64,000 nt of DNA from a virus (lineage: Duplodnaviria; Caudoviricetes), in IMG/VR virus record IMGVR_UViG_3300028186_000155; one strand, 5' to 3'. Each line of letters starts with the position of its first letter. Within the stretch, counting starts at the first letter, position 1. The position numbers were made by a program, and so were the translations under genes. A model generated the notes under the pieces. The model was given only the letters and a program-made list of their open reading frames with translations. It was not told where the DNA came from and made no database searches. Shown here one piece after another: positions 17,839 through 27,630 of this stretch.

Positions 17839-20738
17839 AGATGAAACGTTCAAAAGGGGGCATTCTAGTCCCTGATAAACGTGTCGTCGTCTCGCAGGAA
17901 AACCCGTTCGATTATCTGCTGGAACTCAAGCAGAACGGACGGGCTGCTGTGCACGACGACCTAGAAAATATGGGCAAGTCTGCCGCCAAGCTGATCACCA
18001 GCATGGACGTAGACACCGAAATCAACATCGCGAAAACAATTCGCGAATTGATGGAATCGAAAGTTGTAATCCCCAAGGACATGAAGATCGATGACAGTGA
18101 TTTACCCACTGCCAAAAACTTCTACGAATGGGTGACGCAAGATCAGTTCGGCACCATCGGCGATGAACGGCCATTCCTTGAACAGCTGCTGTGGGGCATC
18201 GTTGCATTTAACGATTACTGCCCGAAATGCACAGACATGGAATGGATGCTGCACGATCACAAGGTAGACGACACGTATTCGAAATTCGAACGCAAAGTTT
18301 GCGTGTTGGAAAACGGAACGTGTCCTAGCTGTGGCCTCGGTCGTGCCAATGCAGTCAAGAAAGGCCTGATGCCCTATTACAACGAACTGGCGATCAACGC
18401 CGGGCAGCGTTGTGTGGTTGGTGAAACGCCGGTTCTGTCTGAGTTTGGTTTGCTACACATTGACGAAGTTTACCCGGATGCGCCTGAAGGGTTTACCGAG
18501 TTCGAAACACCGATACACAACGGCCTAGAATTTGAAACCACGTCACACTATTTCGTCGCGAAGCCTGAAATGGTTTATCGCGTTGAAACGGGACGTGGTT
18601 TTTCTGTTACTGGCACCACGGATCACCCGATTGATACCGAACACGGTTTCGTCAAAATCGGTGAACTGGAAATCGACACCAATCTGGACATTCATTTTGG
18701 CCAGCGGGTGTTCGGCAAGGGCGTTCTGTTTGACGCCAAGGCAGCAGGCAAAAATTTCTATAACACCGTGCTACCTTTGTCGGTGCGTACCGCCTGTGAA
18801 AGTTCTGTAATTCTGTTCCTACAAGGTTTGTTCCGTGAAGCGCGCCGCGTGTTTGTCGGCTCTTCGGCGCTTCGCGATGTTTCTGCCCTCCTACTGAATG
18901 CCGGGTATCCACATCGTATCGATGGCCCGTGCATTATCCTAGATACCGGAATCTTTGAACGTCTGCAAAACGACGATTTTATGGCCGGTACATTCTCCGA
19001 TGTGGTCAAGTCGATTACCGAGGCTGGCGAGCGTGCCACCTATGACTTCACCCTGCCCAAAACCCACCAGTTCATCACTGGCGGTATCCTCTCGCACAAC
19101 AGCGGCAAATCACACACTGTTGGCACCTACCTAGCCCCCTACCACCTGCACCGCTTGCTGAAGCTTCAGAAGCCCGCCCAGTTCTATGGCCTGTCGCGCA
19201 CCACGATGCTACAGGGGACGTTTGCGGCCCTGACCTATACCCAAGCCAAGGACACGCTGTGGACCCCCTTCTATGGCGCCCTGATCGAGGGTAACTGGTT
19301 CAAGCAGTATTTCGGGATGCTCAAGCATTACGAAAACGTCTACGGTGAAAAACTCTATAAGCTGACTGACACCTTCGTTGACTTCCGGGTGCGCGGCTTG
19401 CAATACCATCCGATGGGACCAGACAAACGTGTAATGCGTGGACGTACCCGTGTCCTCATTTCCATCGATGAAATCGCGTACTTTGATGCGGATAAAGATT
19501 CCAACAAAGTGAAGATCAGTGCATACGAAGTTTACGACGCACTGGTCAACAGTTTGCTCACTGTACGCGGCGCGGCTGACGCTCTAATTGGTCGAGGCTT
19601 TGACGATGTTCTGTCGGCCTACGCGATGAACGTTAGTTCTCCTACTTCGAAAAACGACATGATTCACGAATTGCTCAACCGGGCAAAAGAATCTAGCTCG
19701 ATTTACGGAATTCACCGCCCCACTTGGATGGTGAATCCAAACTTCAAACGTGACTCCAAAGTTATCGTTGACGCCTACCGGAAAGATCCGGTTTCGGCTG
19801 AGAAAAACTTCGGGGCCAACCCGCCAATGATCGCGAACCCGTTCCTGCCGCAGCACAAGTTCATTCTTGAGTGCGAGGACGTGACCAAAAAGAACACGAT
19901 CAAACTCAAAACCCATTTCATGAACAGCAAGCGACTTGGCCAGTCGCAAATGTACGCGAAAATCGAGAAAATCAAGAAGAGTGGCAAGGCTTCCATTCTG
20001 GCAATCGACGCCGGGGAAAAAGACAACAGTTTCTCCATTGCTGGCGGTACGATTGACGACGATTTTAATTTAAACGTAGACCTGCTGGCAGAGATTATCC
20101 CGCTGCCGGGCTTCCGTATCAACTTCTCGAAGGTTTATTCGGAAATCATCCTGCCGATTATGCAGGCGCGAAACGTTAAGGTGCTGCTGGCCGACCGTTG
20201 GAACTCGCGCACATTCCTGTCGGATGCAGAATTGGATATGGGCGATCCAGAAGCCGACACCGACACACCGACATTTATTGCCAAGCAATACAGCTTGAAA
20301 TACGTGGACATGGTTGGGGTCAGAACGCGGATCGAACAGGGCCAAGTGATTTTGCCCAAATCCGAAATCAAGGTTAACACTTTGCTCGATGCGCTGGATT
20401 CCAACTATCGTGAGTTCTACGAAGGGAAACCGGTTGCGCATTTGTTCAAACAATTGTTCACCGTGAAAGACCTCGAAAAAGGGGTTGGAAAAGGTGATGG
20501 TTACACCGATGATAACTGGCGTGCTGTTGCTCTTCTGCTGTGGGGACTGATGGAAGAGGAATACGTGGGAATGCTGATGGCAGAACCCATGAATATGACA
20601 CTGGCCCGGCCTAACGCGCTGGGTGCCTCGAAACTCGGGGGCGGTGGCGGCACATCGGTTGGCAACGGTGGCGGCGGATTGACTACACAAAACGGCGCAC
20701 CCCTCATGATCATGAGTGCAGGGCGTAGCGGTCGATAA
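17835..20738 (+). CDS. terL: terminase large subunit (intein-containing)
   Basis: Spliced Walker A AGQR|SGKS, Walker B ISIDEIAY, nuclease motif LAIDAG and C-terminal DD. Confidence 0.85.
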   Translation: MKMKRSKGGILVPDKRVVVSQENPFDYLLELKQNGRAAVHDDLENMGKSAAKLITSMDVDTEINIAKTIRELMESKVVIPKDMKIDDSDLPTAKNFYEWVTQDQFGTIGDERPFLEQLLWGIVAFNDYCPKCTDMEWMLHDHKVDDTYSKFERKVCVLENGTCPSCGLGRANAVKKGLMPYYNELAINAGQRCVVGETPVLSEFGLLHIDEVYPDAPEGFTEFETPIHNGLEFETTSHYFVAKPEMVYRVETGRGFSVTGTTDHPIDTEHGFVKIGELEIDTNLDIHFGQRVFGKGVLFDAKAAGKNFYNTVLPLSVRTACESSVILFLQGLFREARRVFVGSSALRDVSALLLNAGYPHRIDGPCIILDTGIFERLQNDDFMAGTFSDVVKSITEAGERATYDFTLPKTHQFITGGILSHNSGKSHTVGTYLAPYHLHRLLKLQKPAQFYGLSRTTMLQGTFAALTYTQAKDTLWTPFYGALIEGNWFKQYFGMLKHYENVYGEKLYKLTDTFVDFRVRGLQYHPMGPDKRVMRGRTRVLISIDEIAYFDADKDSNKVKISAYEVYDALVNSLLTVRGAADALIGRGFDDVLSAYAMNVSSPTSKNDMIHELLNRAKESSSIYGIHRPTWMVNPNFKRDSKVIVDAYRKDPVSAEKNFGANPPMIANPFLPQHKFILECEDVTKKNTIKLKTHFMNSKRLGQSQMYAKIEKIKKSGKASILAIDAGEKDNSFSIAGGTIDDDFNLNVDLLAEIIPLPGFRINFSKVYSEIILPIMQARNVKVLLADRWNSRTFLSDAELDMGDPEADTDTPTFIAKQYSLKYVDMVGVRTRIEQGQVILPKSEIKVNTLLDALDSNYREFYEGKPVAHLFKQLFTVKDLEKGVGKGDGYTDDNWRAVALLLWGLMEEEYVGMLMAEPMNMTLARPNALGASKLGGGGGTSVGNGGGGLTTQNGAPLMIMSAGRSGR
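18411..19100 (+). mobile_element. intein (230 aa) in the terminase Walker A, with a degenerate LAGLIDADG remnant
   Basis: N-terminal CVVGETPV; block B TGTTDHP; C-terminal TYDFTL...ILSHN followed by Ser. Confidence 0.9.
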
Positions 20739-20742
20739 ATAA

Positions 20743-20762
20743 GCGGGGTTGAAAAACCCCGC
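20743..20762. terminator. GAAA-tetraloop hairpin after terL
   Basis: GCGGGGTT-GAAA-AACCCCGC; no clear U tract on the + strand. Confidence 0.5.
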
Positions 20763-20814
20763 AATAAACCTTATGCTGATGACAGGCGTGATTAACAATT
20801 ACGGGACTCCCGCT

Positions 20815-21852
20815 ATGTCGAAAACGAAACTGGATTTAACGAAATACAAGTGGTTCCAGTATGAGGAAGGCCAGCCAGAACTGACCTTCGATCAGGACCG
20901 CCACAATGCTGAATACGTGCTGGAATTGCACGGCGGCAACGTGTTCGGCGTACTGAAACGCGCATACGGAATTTTTGTGGTGCACGCGCACTCCCCGGAT
21001 ATCCAATTCGTCTGGAACGAAACGGAACTTACTCGGGTAATGCAGCACTCGAAAGGCTGGAGCGGCAAGGTTGCGAAAGTCGAAGTTAAGGCCGGTGTTG
21101 GTGGCCTCGACAAACCGTCTTTGGAGCTACCTGACGGCTGGGTGCGAATCACCGACCTCAACAGTTCCAACCTCAACCACGCAATCTACGACACGAAACG
21201 AAAAGTTTTGTACGTTGCGTTCCACCGTGGCGATTCGTGGGCCTACGAAAACGTTACCAAAAAAGAATACGAAGAAATGGTGGCCGCCGAAAGCCGTGGC
21301 CGTTATTTCAACTACCGAATCAAGTATGTGAAACGCCAGTATATGCTCGGTCGTAACTTCGACCTGCCGCCATTTGACGTTAGCCCAGTGGGTCCGAAGA
21401 TGGATGCGCCAGCGGCCCCGGCAACACATGCGAAAAATCCCTATGAGGCGCCGCCACCTAAACCGGCACCGAAAACCCCGAAAGAACCAGCAGCCACGCC
21501 AGCGCCGAACGAGAAACCCGGCCACGCTAAACGGAATCTGCAAATTCCGAAAGGCGCATTCGAAGCATGGATAGACACGGAACAAGATTCCTATAACCGT
21601 GAGCACAAACCAGCTGGCCACGCTTTCGAAATCCTGCGCCGTCAACGCGTGGACACCGAAACTGATTTGATCAAGCTGATGGCTTCCCTGCGCAATAGCA
21701 CGTTGAGCCGTGCTGATCATCGCGCTTTCAAAAACGCAGTCATGTCGGTTGTTTCGCTGGGTGATGAATATCCGTTCACCGCCAAAGGCAAGAAAACCTA
21801 CACCACGCTGCGTAAATACGTTATCGCCCTCGGTAAAGCCAACCCGCAATAA
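20815..21852 (+). CDS. KTSC-domain protein
   Basis: NSSNLNHAIYD...LYVAFHRG..WAYENV...AAESRGRYFN. Confidence 0.8.
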   Translation: MSKTKLDLTKYKWFQYEEGQPELTFDQDRHNAEYVLELHGGNVFGVLKRAYGIFVVHAHSPDIQFVWNETELTRVMQHSKGWSGKVAKVEVKAGVGGLDKPSLELPDGWVRITDLNSSNLNHAIYDTKRKVLYVAFHRGDSWAYENVTKKEYEEMVAAESRGRYFNYRIKYVKRQYMLGRNFDLPPFDVSPVGPKMDAPAAPATHAKNPYEAPPPKPAPKTPKEPAATPAPNEKPGHAKRNLQIPKGAFEAWIDTEQDSYNREHKPAGHAFEILRRQRVDTETDLIKLMASLRNSTLSRADHRAFKNAVMSVVSLGDEYPFTAKGKKTYTTLRKYVIALGKANPQ

Positions 21853-21863
21853 ACAGGAAAAAT

Positions 21864-22496
21864 ATGCCAATCCTAGCAGACGCAGTAGTTGAGACGATTG
21901 CAGACGATGAAGAGCGCTACAGGCAGTTAATCGCCAGCGGTGATCTGGAACAAGTGGGCGTTTACGCCTATTACAAAGCGGTTCCCTACAAGCTCTATTT
22001 GGGCACCGACCGAATGATCGGAAACAGTCTCTCGACCTGTCGCCTGCTGGTGCTGGCAAAGGGCGATGAATTCGTTTATAGCTGCTACTACAAAGTTGCA
22101 GAAAACGAATACTTTGGCCAACGTGCTGTGCAACTCGAAGTGCGTCAAGCCCCACACCTCCGGGGGCTGGCGCGCAACGTGATGCGCAATTATTTCCTGC
22201 TGAAATTCGACGCACTGCGCACCGATTTGTCGGGCACGCCGTGCGGTCGTCACATGTGGCAAGAGTTCTACAAAGAATTCCGCAAAGATTACCATTTCTA
22301 TCACGGTTTCGTGAATATCGACCTGCGCACTTCCCACGGTGACAACAATCAGGAAGCCGCGTGTCCCGACCGCGTAACGCACATCAAATCGCTGAAAACT
22401 GGCGTGGCTATGCGCGATGAACTGTGGCACGACAACAAAGCAGGCAACGTGACCGTTATTTATATTTCGAACAAACCACTTCGGGGCCAAGAATGA
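21864..22496 (+). CDS. hypothetical protein, possibly GNAT-like
   Basis: HLRGLARNV...LRTDLSGTPCGRHMW pattern. Confidence 0.5.
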   Translation: MPILADAVVETIADDEERYRQLIASGDLEQVGVYAYYKAVPYKLYLGTDRMIGNSLSTCRLLVLAKGDEFVYSCYYKVAENEYFGQRAVQLEVRQAPHLRGLARNVMRNYFLLKFDALRTDLSGTPCGRHMWQEFYKEFRKDYHFYHGFVNIDLRTSHGDNNQEAACPDRVTHIKSLKTGVAMRDELWHDNKAGNVTVIYISNKPLRGQE

Positions 22497-24451
22497 AACT
22501 GAGAAAAACCAACCGCACCAGCTTTGCGGCGGCGCCCCAATCGAAGGCAGCCCCGCAGCACATGGGCGCCAGCAAGCGACACTATCCGCAGAAAACCGAT
22601 CAACAAAAGATTGACGATTATCTGGCAACCGCTGCCAGTGGTGGTAACGCGCAGCTGTCGCAGATGCCAATCGAAATCGACATTGACCCGCTGCTGAAAG
22701 ATATCGTTTTCTCTGAAGACCTTGAGCAGAAAAAGCTGGTCATGCGGATTTACACCGATATGTATTACAACGATTCCATTGGCGGATCGATTGTGGATAT
22801 CAAATCGCAGCTGATGTTCTCCGACTTCACCATTTCCGGCATCATGGATCGGAAAGTGATGGACGATTTTATGGAAAACATCGACCGCCTAGACATTCGA
22901 AATCTGATGCCCGACGTGGCTATCGATTACAACGTCAAAGGTGGTTTCATTGCCTCCCTGCTGTACAACGAAAAAACCCAAGTTTTCAGTCGGGTTATGC
23001 CGCACGCCTACGAAAACACCAAGCTGGATCAATTGCCCTTCCACGGCACCGATCCGCTGATCACTGTTGCGTTCCCTGAATACATCCGCGCCACCATGGC
23101 TTCGGATTCGCCGCGTGTAAAAGCGCTGCGTGAATTCTTGGGCGCCGACGTGATGAAACAGCTTTCGAACGAAGCGCTAGAACTCGACCAGAAATCTACC
23201 GTTTACGTTCCGCGCCGCTCGGGTTCCAGTTCCACCGGCACCTCCTATTTCCGCCGCATCATGCCGTGGTATTTGCTGGAGAAAAACCTGTTCCGTGGCA
23301 CGCTGGTTCGTTCCGCTATGCGTCAAAAAGGTATTCTGCACGTAACGCTTGATGGCGCAGGCGAATGGGAACCGACGCTGGCCGATATGCAGGCCGTAAT
23401 GGATATGTTCATGAACGCCGACGCTGACCCGGTTGGGGCAGTGGTTGCAACGCGTGGCGGCATTTCCACCGAAGAAATTCGCGATCCACAAGGTGGCTGG
23501 ACCATCTTCGATAACAAAGACGCGATTGATTCCATCAAAATGAAAGCGCTAGGAATTTCCGATGCTTTCCTGTCTGGTGACGCGACCTACGCAAACGGCG
23601 ACACGTCTACATCATTCTTTATCGATGCAATCCGCACCGAACGGGATTGGCTGACTCGCAAAACTTTGTACAGCCGCATTTTCCCAATGATCAGTGCGCT
23701 GAAAGGCTACGTGCTCAACGCTAACGGCAAACTCTCGACGCGTGGTAACAGCCTCGACAAACTCGATCCTTTGGGTTCGTTTGAACGCCTTAACGACGGC
23801 ACCAAATTGCTGATTCCATCCGTGCACTGGGAAAAGACTTTGCAGCCGGAAGGCGACCAGCAATATATGGATATGCTGCAAGCAATGTCGGATAAAGGCG
23901 TACCGGTTCCGCTGCGTGTAATGGCGGCTGCTGGTGGCCTCAACCTCGACCGTTTGCTGGCTGGCCAAGATTCCGATTTGGCTTCGCAAGAACAGCTGTA
24001 TCAATACCAGAAAAAGATCAAGGATCTGAAAAAGAAATACGGTATTGACGACATGGGCGGCGACATGGGCGGTGGCGGTGGTGGAATGGGTGGTTTCGCA
24101 TCCAATTTCATGAGCACCGCCAGCAACTACGACCAAAAGCTGGCGCAACTGGCCCGTATGAACCCTGATCGCTTCCACGCTTTCGTTGCACAGGCGCAAT
24201 CGATCTACAATCAAAACCTCGACAAAACCTATTCCGATGTATTGGCCCGCAATAACGGGCAAATCGTTGGTTTGGCGAATCGTGATTTTGGTGAAATGGG
24301 CGATGCATTCGGTTACACTCACGATGGTAAGAAGCGCCACCTGACCAACCAAGGATTGGCCCACGAACGTCAAAACCGCAAGATCGAAAAAATGCTGCGA
24401 GAACGTGACGAAAAAGCCGGTATCAAATCGCGCAAGAAAGTCCGTTTCTAA
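22493..24451 (+). CDS. probable portal protein
   Basis: 652 aa, near terL; GTSYFRRI...LEKNL segment and helical character resemble portals; not verified by search. Confidence 0.6.
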   Translation: MKLRKTNRTSFAAAPQSKAAPQHMGASKRHYPQKTDQQKIDDYLATAASGGNAQLSQMPIEIDIDPLLKDIVFSEDLEQKKLVMRIYTDMYYNDSIGGSIVDIKSQLMFSDFTISGIMDRKVMDDFMENIDRLDIRNLMPDVAIDYNVKGGFIASLLYNEKTQVFSRVMPHAYENTKLDQLPFHGTDPLITVAFPEYIRATMASDSPRVKALREFLGADVMKQLSNEALELDQKSTVYVPRRSGSSSTGTSYFRRIMPWYLLEKNLFRGTLVRSAMRQKGILHVTLDGAGEWEPTLADMQAVMDMFMNADADPVGAVVATRGGISTEEIRDPQGGWTIFDNKDAIDSIKMKALGISDAFLSGDATYANGDTSTSFFIDAIRTERDWLTRKTLYSRIFPMISALKGYVLNANGKLSTRGNSLDKLDPLGSFERLNDGTKLLIPSVHWEKTLQPEGDQQYMDMLQAMSDKGVPVPLRVMAAAGGLNLDRLLAGQDSDLASQEQLYQYQKKIKDLKKKYGIDDMGGDMGGGGGGMGGFASNFMSTASNYDQKLAQLARMNPDRFHAFVAQAQSIYNQNLDKTYSDVLARNNGQIVGLANRDFGEMGDAFGYTHDGKKRHLTNQGLAHERQNRKIEKMLRERDEKAGIKSRKKVRF

Positions 24452-24469
24452 TTTATTCACAGTGGCTAG

Positions 24470-24484
24470 AAAACTGTAAATAAT
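24470..24484 (+). promoter_or_regulatory. putative phage promoter motif A (AAAACTGTAAATAAT)
   Basis: Identical 15-mer at 12355-12369. Confidence 0.55.
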
Positions 24485-24492
24485 ACACATGG

Positions 24493-24530
24493 ACCGCGCC
24501 CTGTAAGTAATTGCACGGCGCGGTTTTTTT
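24493..24530 (+). terminator. Rho-independent terminator
   Basis: ACCGCGCC...GGCGCGGT followed by T7. Confidence 0.7.
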
Positions 24531-24548
24531 CGTTTTGGGAGCCGAAAA

Positions 24549-24845
24549 ATGTGGGAAAATTTGTCGTCTGATGAACAGGTTGAATTCTTGGCCAAAGCGG
24601 CTGATTTCGCACTCGATTCACACCTGAGTCACGAACTGATTTACGAAGTTGAACGCCGGTTGACCATGAAACAACGCGTGCAATATGTCGATTGGGTTAG
24701 CGGCCTTGTGGCAGACGCAACCTATCGCATGTACGATCCAGAAGATCCAACGACCGCCATGCATTACTATTTCAATCTGATGCGTGTTGAACTCGAATTG
24801 CGCGGCAAATTGCTGTGGTGTGTGCTGACCGGGAATCAACCGTAA
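24549..24845 (+). CDS. hypothetical protein
   Basis: GGAG RBS; coupled to the next gene. Confidence 0.7.
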   Translation: MWENLSSDEQVEFLAKAADFALDSHLSHELIYEVERRLTMKQRVQYVDWVSGLVADATYRMYDPEDPTTAMHYYFNLMRVELELRGKLLWCVLTGNQP

Positions 24846-25618
24846 TGGCAGGCTCTCCACTCAATTCATCGAAGCATATGGGTCGCCAAGGGCTTGACCC
24901 GAAAATCGTTTATGCGGGCGTGGTGGTAGACAATAACGATCCGCGAAAAGGTTGCAGGGTTCGCGTCCGTGTTGCCGGGATTTTCCCTGATGCGATTCCC
25001 GATAGTCACCTGCCATGGGCCTTGCCTGACAATCAGGATTACGCAGCCGACGCCGGGGCAACGGGTGCCACCTTTTCAAACATTCCGCCAATCGGGGCAA
25101 AGGTAGGTTTGCGTTTCCCAAAGGGTGATGCACACAAACCCATGCTGGCCCCATATCCGGGTGACAAGAAAACTCTGTCCAAACTGGCAGAAACAAACTA
25201 TCCGTTCCGGGCCGTAATGGAACTGGAAAACGGATGCACAATCGTGGTCGATAAACAGACCAATGAAGTGTTTGTGGCGAATCCGGGTGATGCACATTTT
25301 GTGTTCCTCGGTGACTACAGCAAAACGATTGTGGGTTCCTGCACAGAAATCGTCACCGGGTCCAAAGGCGATGTGCCGGGCTACGTGTCGAATGCATCAA
25401 ATACCAAGGTTGGTGAAATCGCTGCCAAATCGGCGGGCGGTGTGTCCAAAGGCGTGGGCAACAAACATGAAAAAATCACAGGCAATTACACGCTGGAAAT
25501 CGGCGGTAATCGCATTGTCAAAGTAGGCGGCAACGATGAACTAACTGTGGCCCGTAACCGCGACGAAAAAGTCGGCGGCAACCACAAGATTATGTCGTCA
25601 CGTTCTGATACCAACTGA
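24845..25618 (+). CDS. baseplate central spike, T4 gp5/VgrG-like (no lysozyme domain)
   Basis: OB-fold YAGVVVDNNDPRKGCRVRVRV...LPWA; C-terminal beta-helix repeats (xxGN). Confidence 0.85.
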   Translation: MAGSPLNSSKHMGRQGLDPKIVYAGVVVDNNDPRKGCRVRVRVAGIFPDAIPDSHLPWALPDNQDYAADAGATGATFSNIPPIGAKVGLRFPKGDAHKPMLAPYPGDKKTLSKLAETNYPFRAVMELENGCTIVVDKQTNEVFVANPGDAHFVFLGDYSKTIVGSCTEIVTGSKGDVPGYVSNASNTKVGEIAAKSAGGVSKGVGNKHEKITGNYTLEIGGNRIVKVGGNDELTVARNRDEKVGGNHKIMSSRSDTN

Positions 25619-25626
25619 GAACAATT

Positions 25627-26244
25627 ATGGCCACTTCAATTGCTTCGCGTTTTGCACGCACAGGCGATTCCTTTCTGCTGGATGATAACGATCTAGGCGG
25701 TGGATATCGTTCGGTCGCCACAATCGCGGCCCGTGATGCAATCCCATTGGGTGCACGCCGCTTGGGCATGACGGTCTATGTGCAGGCCGATAAAACTGAA
25801 TACCAATTGCGTGCCAGCCTGACCAACGCCAGTTGGGAACAGCGCCCATTATTCAGTGGGAAAATTCACACAATTGCCCAGCTGATTTCGGTTGGGGCAT
25901 TAGCGCAATACACGCCATACACATTCGAGCAATACGCCGAAGACCGGGTGCGCGAATGGTTCAACGGACTATCCGCCGCAAACCGTGTGCTAAACAAACC
26001 GCTGTACGTTTTCAAAATCCTGTTTGCCGTTGGCACCCCGAGCCTAGCTGAAGGTACGGTATTGCCACCGAATACCACCTATTTGGGTGATGCGACTTTC
26101 TTCTACGATGCAGCCGGTTCCGCTTCGCCGGTTATCCTCGATTCCAATGCGTTGGTTTGTGTGGCGAAAACTTTGATCCCAATGGGCGATCAGGTAATTG
26201 CCGCAATGAACGAATACGCACAACGTATGGATGATGCACAATGA
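25627..26244 (+). CDS. virion/fibre-associated protein; N-terminal domain paralogous to 26776
   Basis: TGD..L.D.DL.GG(Y/F)R.V.....RDAIP..AR..GM.V.V shared by both. Confidence 0.65.
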   Translation: MATSIASRFARTGDSFLLDDNDLGGGYRSVATIAARDAIPLGARRLGMTVYVQADKTEYQLRASLTNASWEQRPLFSGKIHTIAQLISVGALAQYTPYTFEQYAEDRVREWFNGLSAANRVLNKPLYVFKILFAVGTPSLAEGTVLPPNTTYLGDATFFYDAAGSASPVILDSNALVCVAKTLIPMGDQVIAAMNEYAQRMDDAQ

Positions 26245-26417
26245 GTCCAGAATATACGCGCACATTTTTGTCTGGTGAATTGCTGGCTGGTAATCGCCGT
26301 TCTGATCCGCATGGTGTACGTTGGATCAAAGAACGAATCCCGTTTGAAAATCGGCAAAAGATGGCTCGCCAGATTGGCCGCTATTTGTCGGACGAACCGG
26401 CAACCTATCTCAAATAA
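26241..26417 (+). CDS. small hypothetical protein (58 aa; not in ORF track)
   Basis: ATGA overlap; ends just before a terminator. Confidence 0.5.
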   Translation: MSPEYTRTFLSGELLAGNRRSDPHGVRWIKERIPFENRQKMARQIGRYLSDEPATYLK

Positions 26418-26438
26418 CCCACTTAATCGTGGGTTTTT
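26416..26438 (+). terminator. probable terminator
   Basis: AACCCAC-TTAATC-GTGGGTT followed by Ts. Confidence 0.6.
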
Positions 26439-26468
26439 GTGTTTTCCCGCTAATTTAATGGTAAGTTT

Positions 26469-26789
26469 ATGGAAACTAAACTATTCGAACCGCGTGTGCT
26501 TGGGAAAGGCATTACAATTGAAAAGGCGCCGACCGAACCGAACCACGGCGCTCGATTAGTCGATGTACAGGGACATACCAAAATCGTAAAGGCCGTAATC
26601 ACCGAAGTAACCACGGTGGAAATTCCGGTCGCTACGCCAGACTATATCGTTCAATGTTTTGACGCGGCCAAACAAATCTTTATACCGGATAACGTCCAAG
26701 AAATCGATGGCAAAATCAAGGTCGATTTCCTCCTGCCCCAATCGGGTGAGGTAAGGGTGCTGTTCGTAGGAGGCGATGGTGGCGACTAA
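26469..26789 (+). CDS. hypothetical structural protein
   Basis: Beta-rich ORF in a fibre-gene context. Confidence 0.65.
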   Translation: METKLFEPRVLGKGITIEKAPTEPNHGARLVDVQGHTKIVKAVITEVTTVEIPVATPDYIVQCFDAAKQIFIPDNVQEIDGKIKVDFLLPQSGEVRVLFVGGDGGD

Positions 26790-27630
26790 TATTTCGCAGC
26801 ACTTTGTAAAAACGGGTGACTTTTACCTGTTGGTGGATACCGACCTGCGTGGTGGTTTCCGAATCGTTAGCAGCCTTGCCGAGCGTGATGCAATCCCGAT
26901 TCAGGCGCGCAAACAAGGCATGATGGTGCGCGTAATTGGCACCGATGGGATTACCAACTGGGAACTTGGCTACGGCAAGCCATTGACCAACGCTGGTTGG
27001 GTTGAGGCTTCGTTGGGCGGCAAAGGGGATTATATCCCGATTGCTGGCGGTCCCCTCGAAGGCGAAGTGAAAATGAACGAATTTGGTTCGTTGAATTTCA
27101 ATGATGTTCTGATGATGGAAACGCAGGATGGTAACGTGGTGCTGCGCCGCATTACCCCGCAAGATCCAGACGACCCGGAACCGCGTGCGTTATTGGCCTT
27201 CAATAACGGCGTCGAAAACACCATCGAAATCAATACCGAAATCGGCCAGATGGTTTGCAAAACCGAAGTCGCGTTGTCGTCGGATCGCACGTTGAAAAAC
27301 AACATTGTGCGTATTACCGACGCCGTGAAGAAAGCCAGCCGCATGCATGGCTACACCTTCGAAAAGATCGGGCAAAAGCGTTTGTTTACGGGCCTCATTG
27401 CGCAGGAAGTTGCGCAGGTAATGCCCGAGGCTGTGACCCGCACCAGCGACGGTAAGCTGGCGGTGTTTTACGGTTCGTTGGTTGGCCTGTTGATCGAATG
27501 CATTTACGAACTCGACCGGCGTCTGGCTAAACTGGAACCAGCTGAAACCAAAATCGAAGTTTCGGTAGAAAACGAAACGCAAAATGAAATTGGTAGCCTC
27601 GAAATCGAGGTGGCAAATCGTGGGATGTGA
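26776..27630 (+). CDS. tail fibre protein with a C-terminal peptidase S74 intramolecular chaperone
   Basis: SDRTLKNNI...HGYTF...GLIAQEV..VMPEAV. Confidence 0.85.
   Translation: MVATNISQHFVKTGDFYLLVDTDLRGGFRIVSSLAERDAIPIQARKQGMMVRVIGTDGITNWELGYGKPLTNAGWVEASLGGKGDYIPIAGGPLEGEVKMNEFGSLNFNDVLMMETQDGNVVLRRITPQDPDDPEPRALLAFNNGVENTIEINTEIGQMVCKTEVALSSDRTLKNNIVRITDAVKKASRMHGYTFEKIGQKRLFTGLIAQEVAQVMPEAVTRTSDGKLAVFYGSLVGLLIECIYELDRRLAKLEPAETKIEVSVENETQNEIGSLEIEVANRGM

Noticed and set aside
26469-26789. METKLFE start as a member of the leader family
   Set aside because: Lacks the [AS]-h-A core
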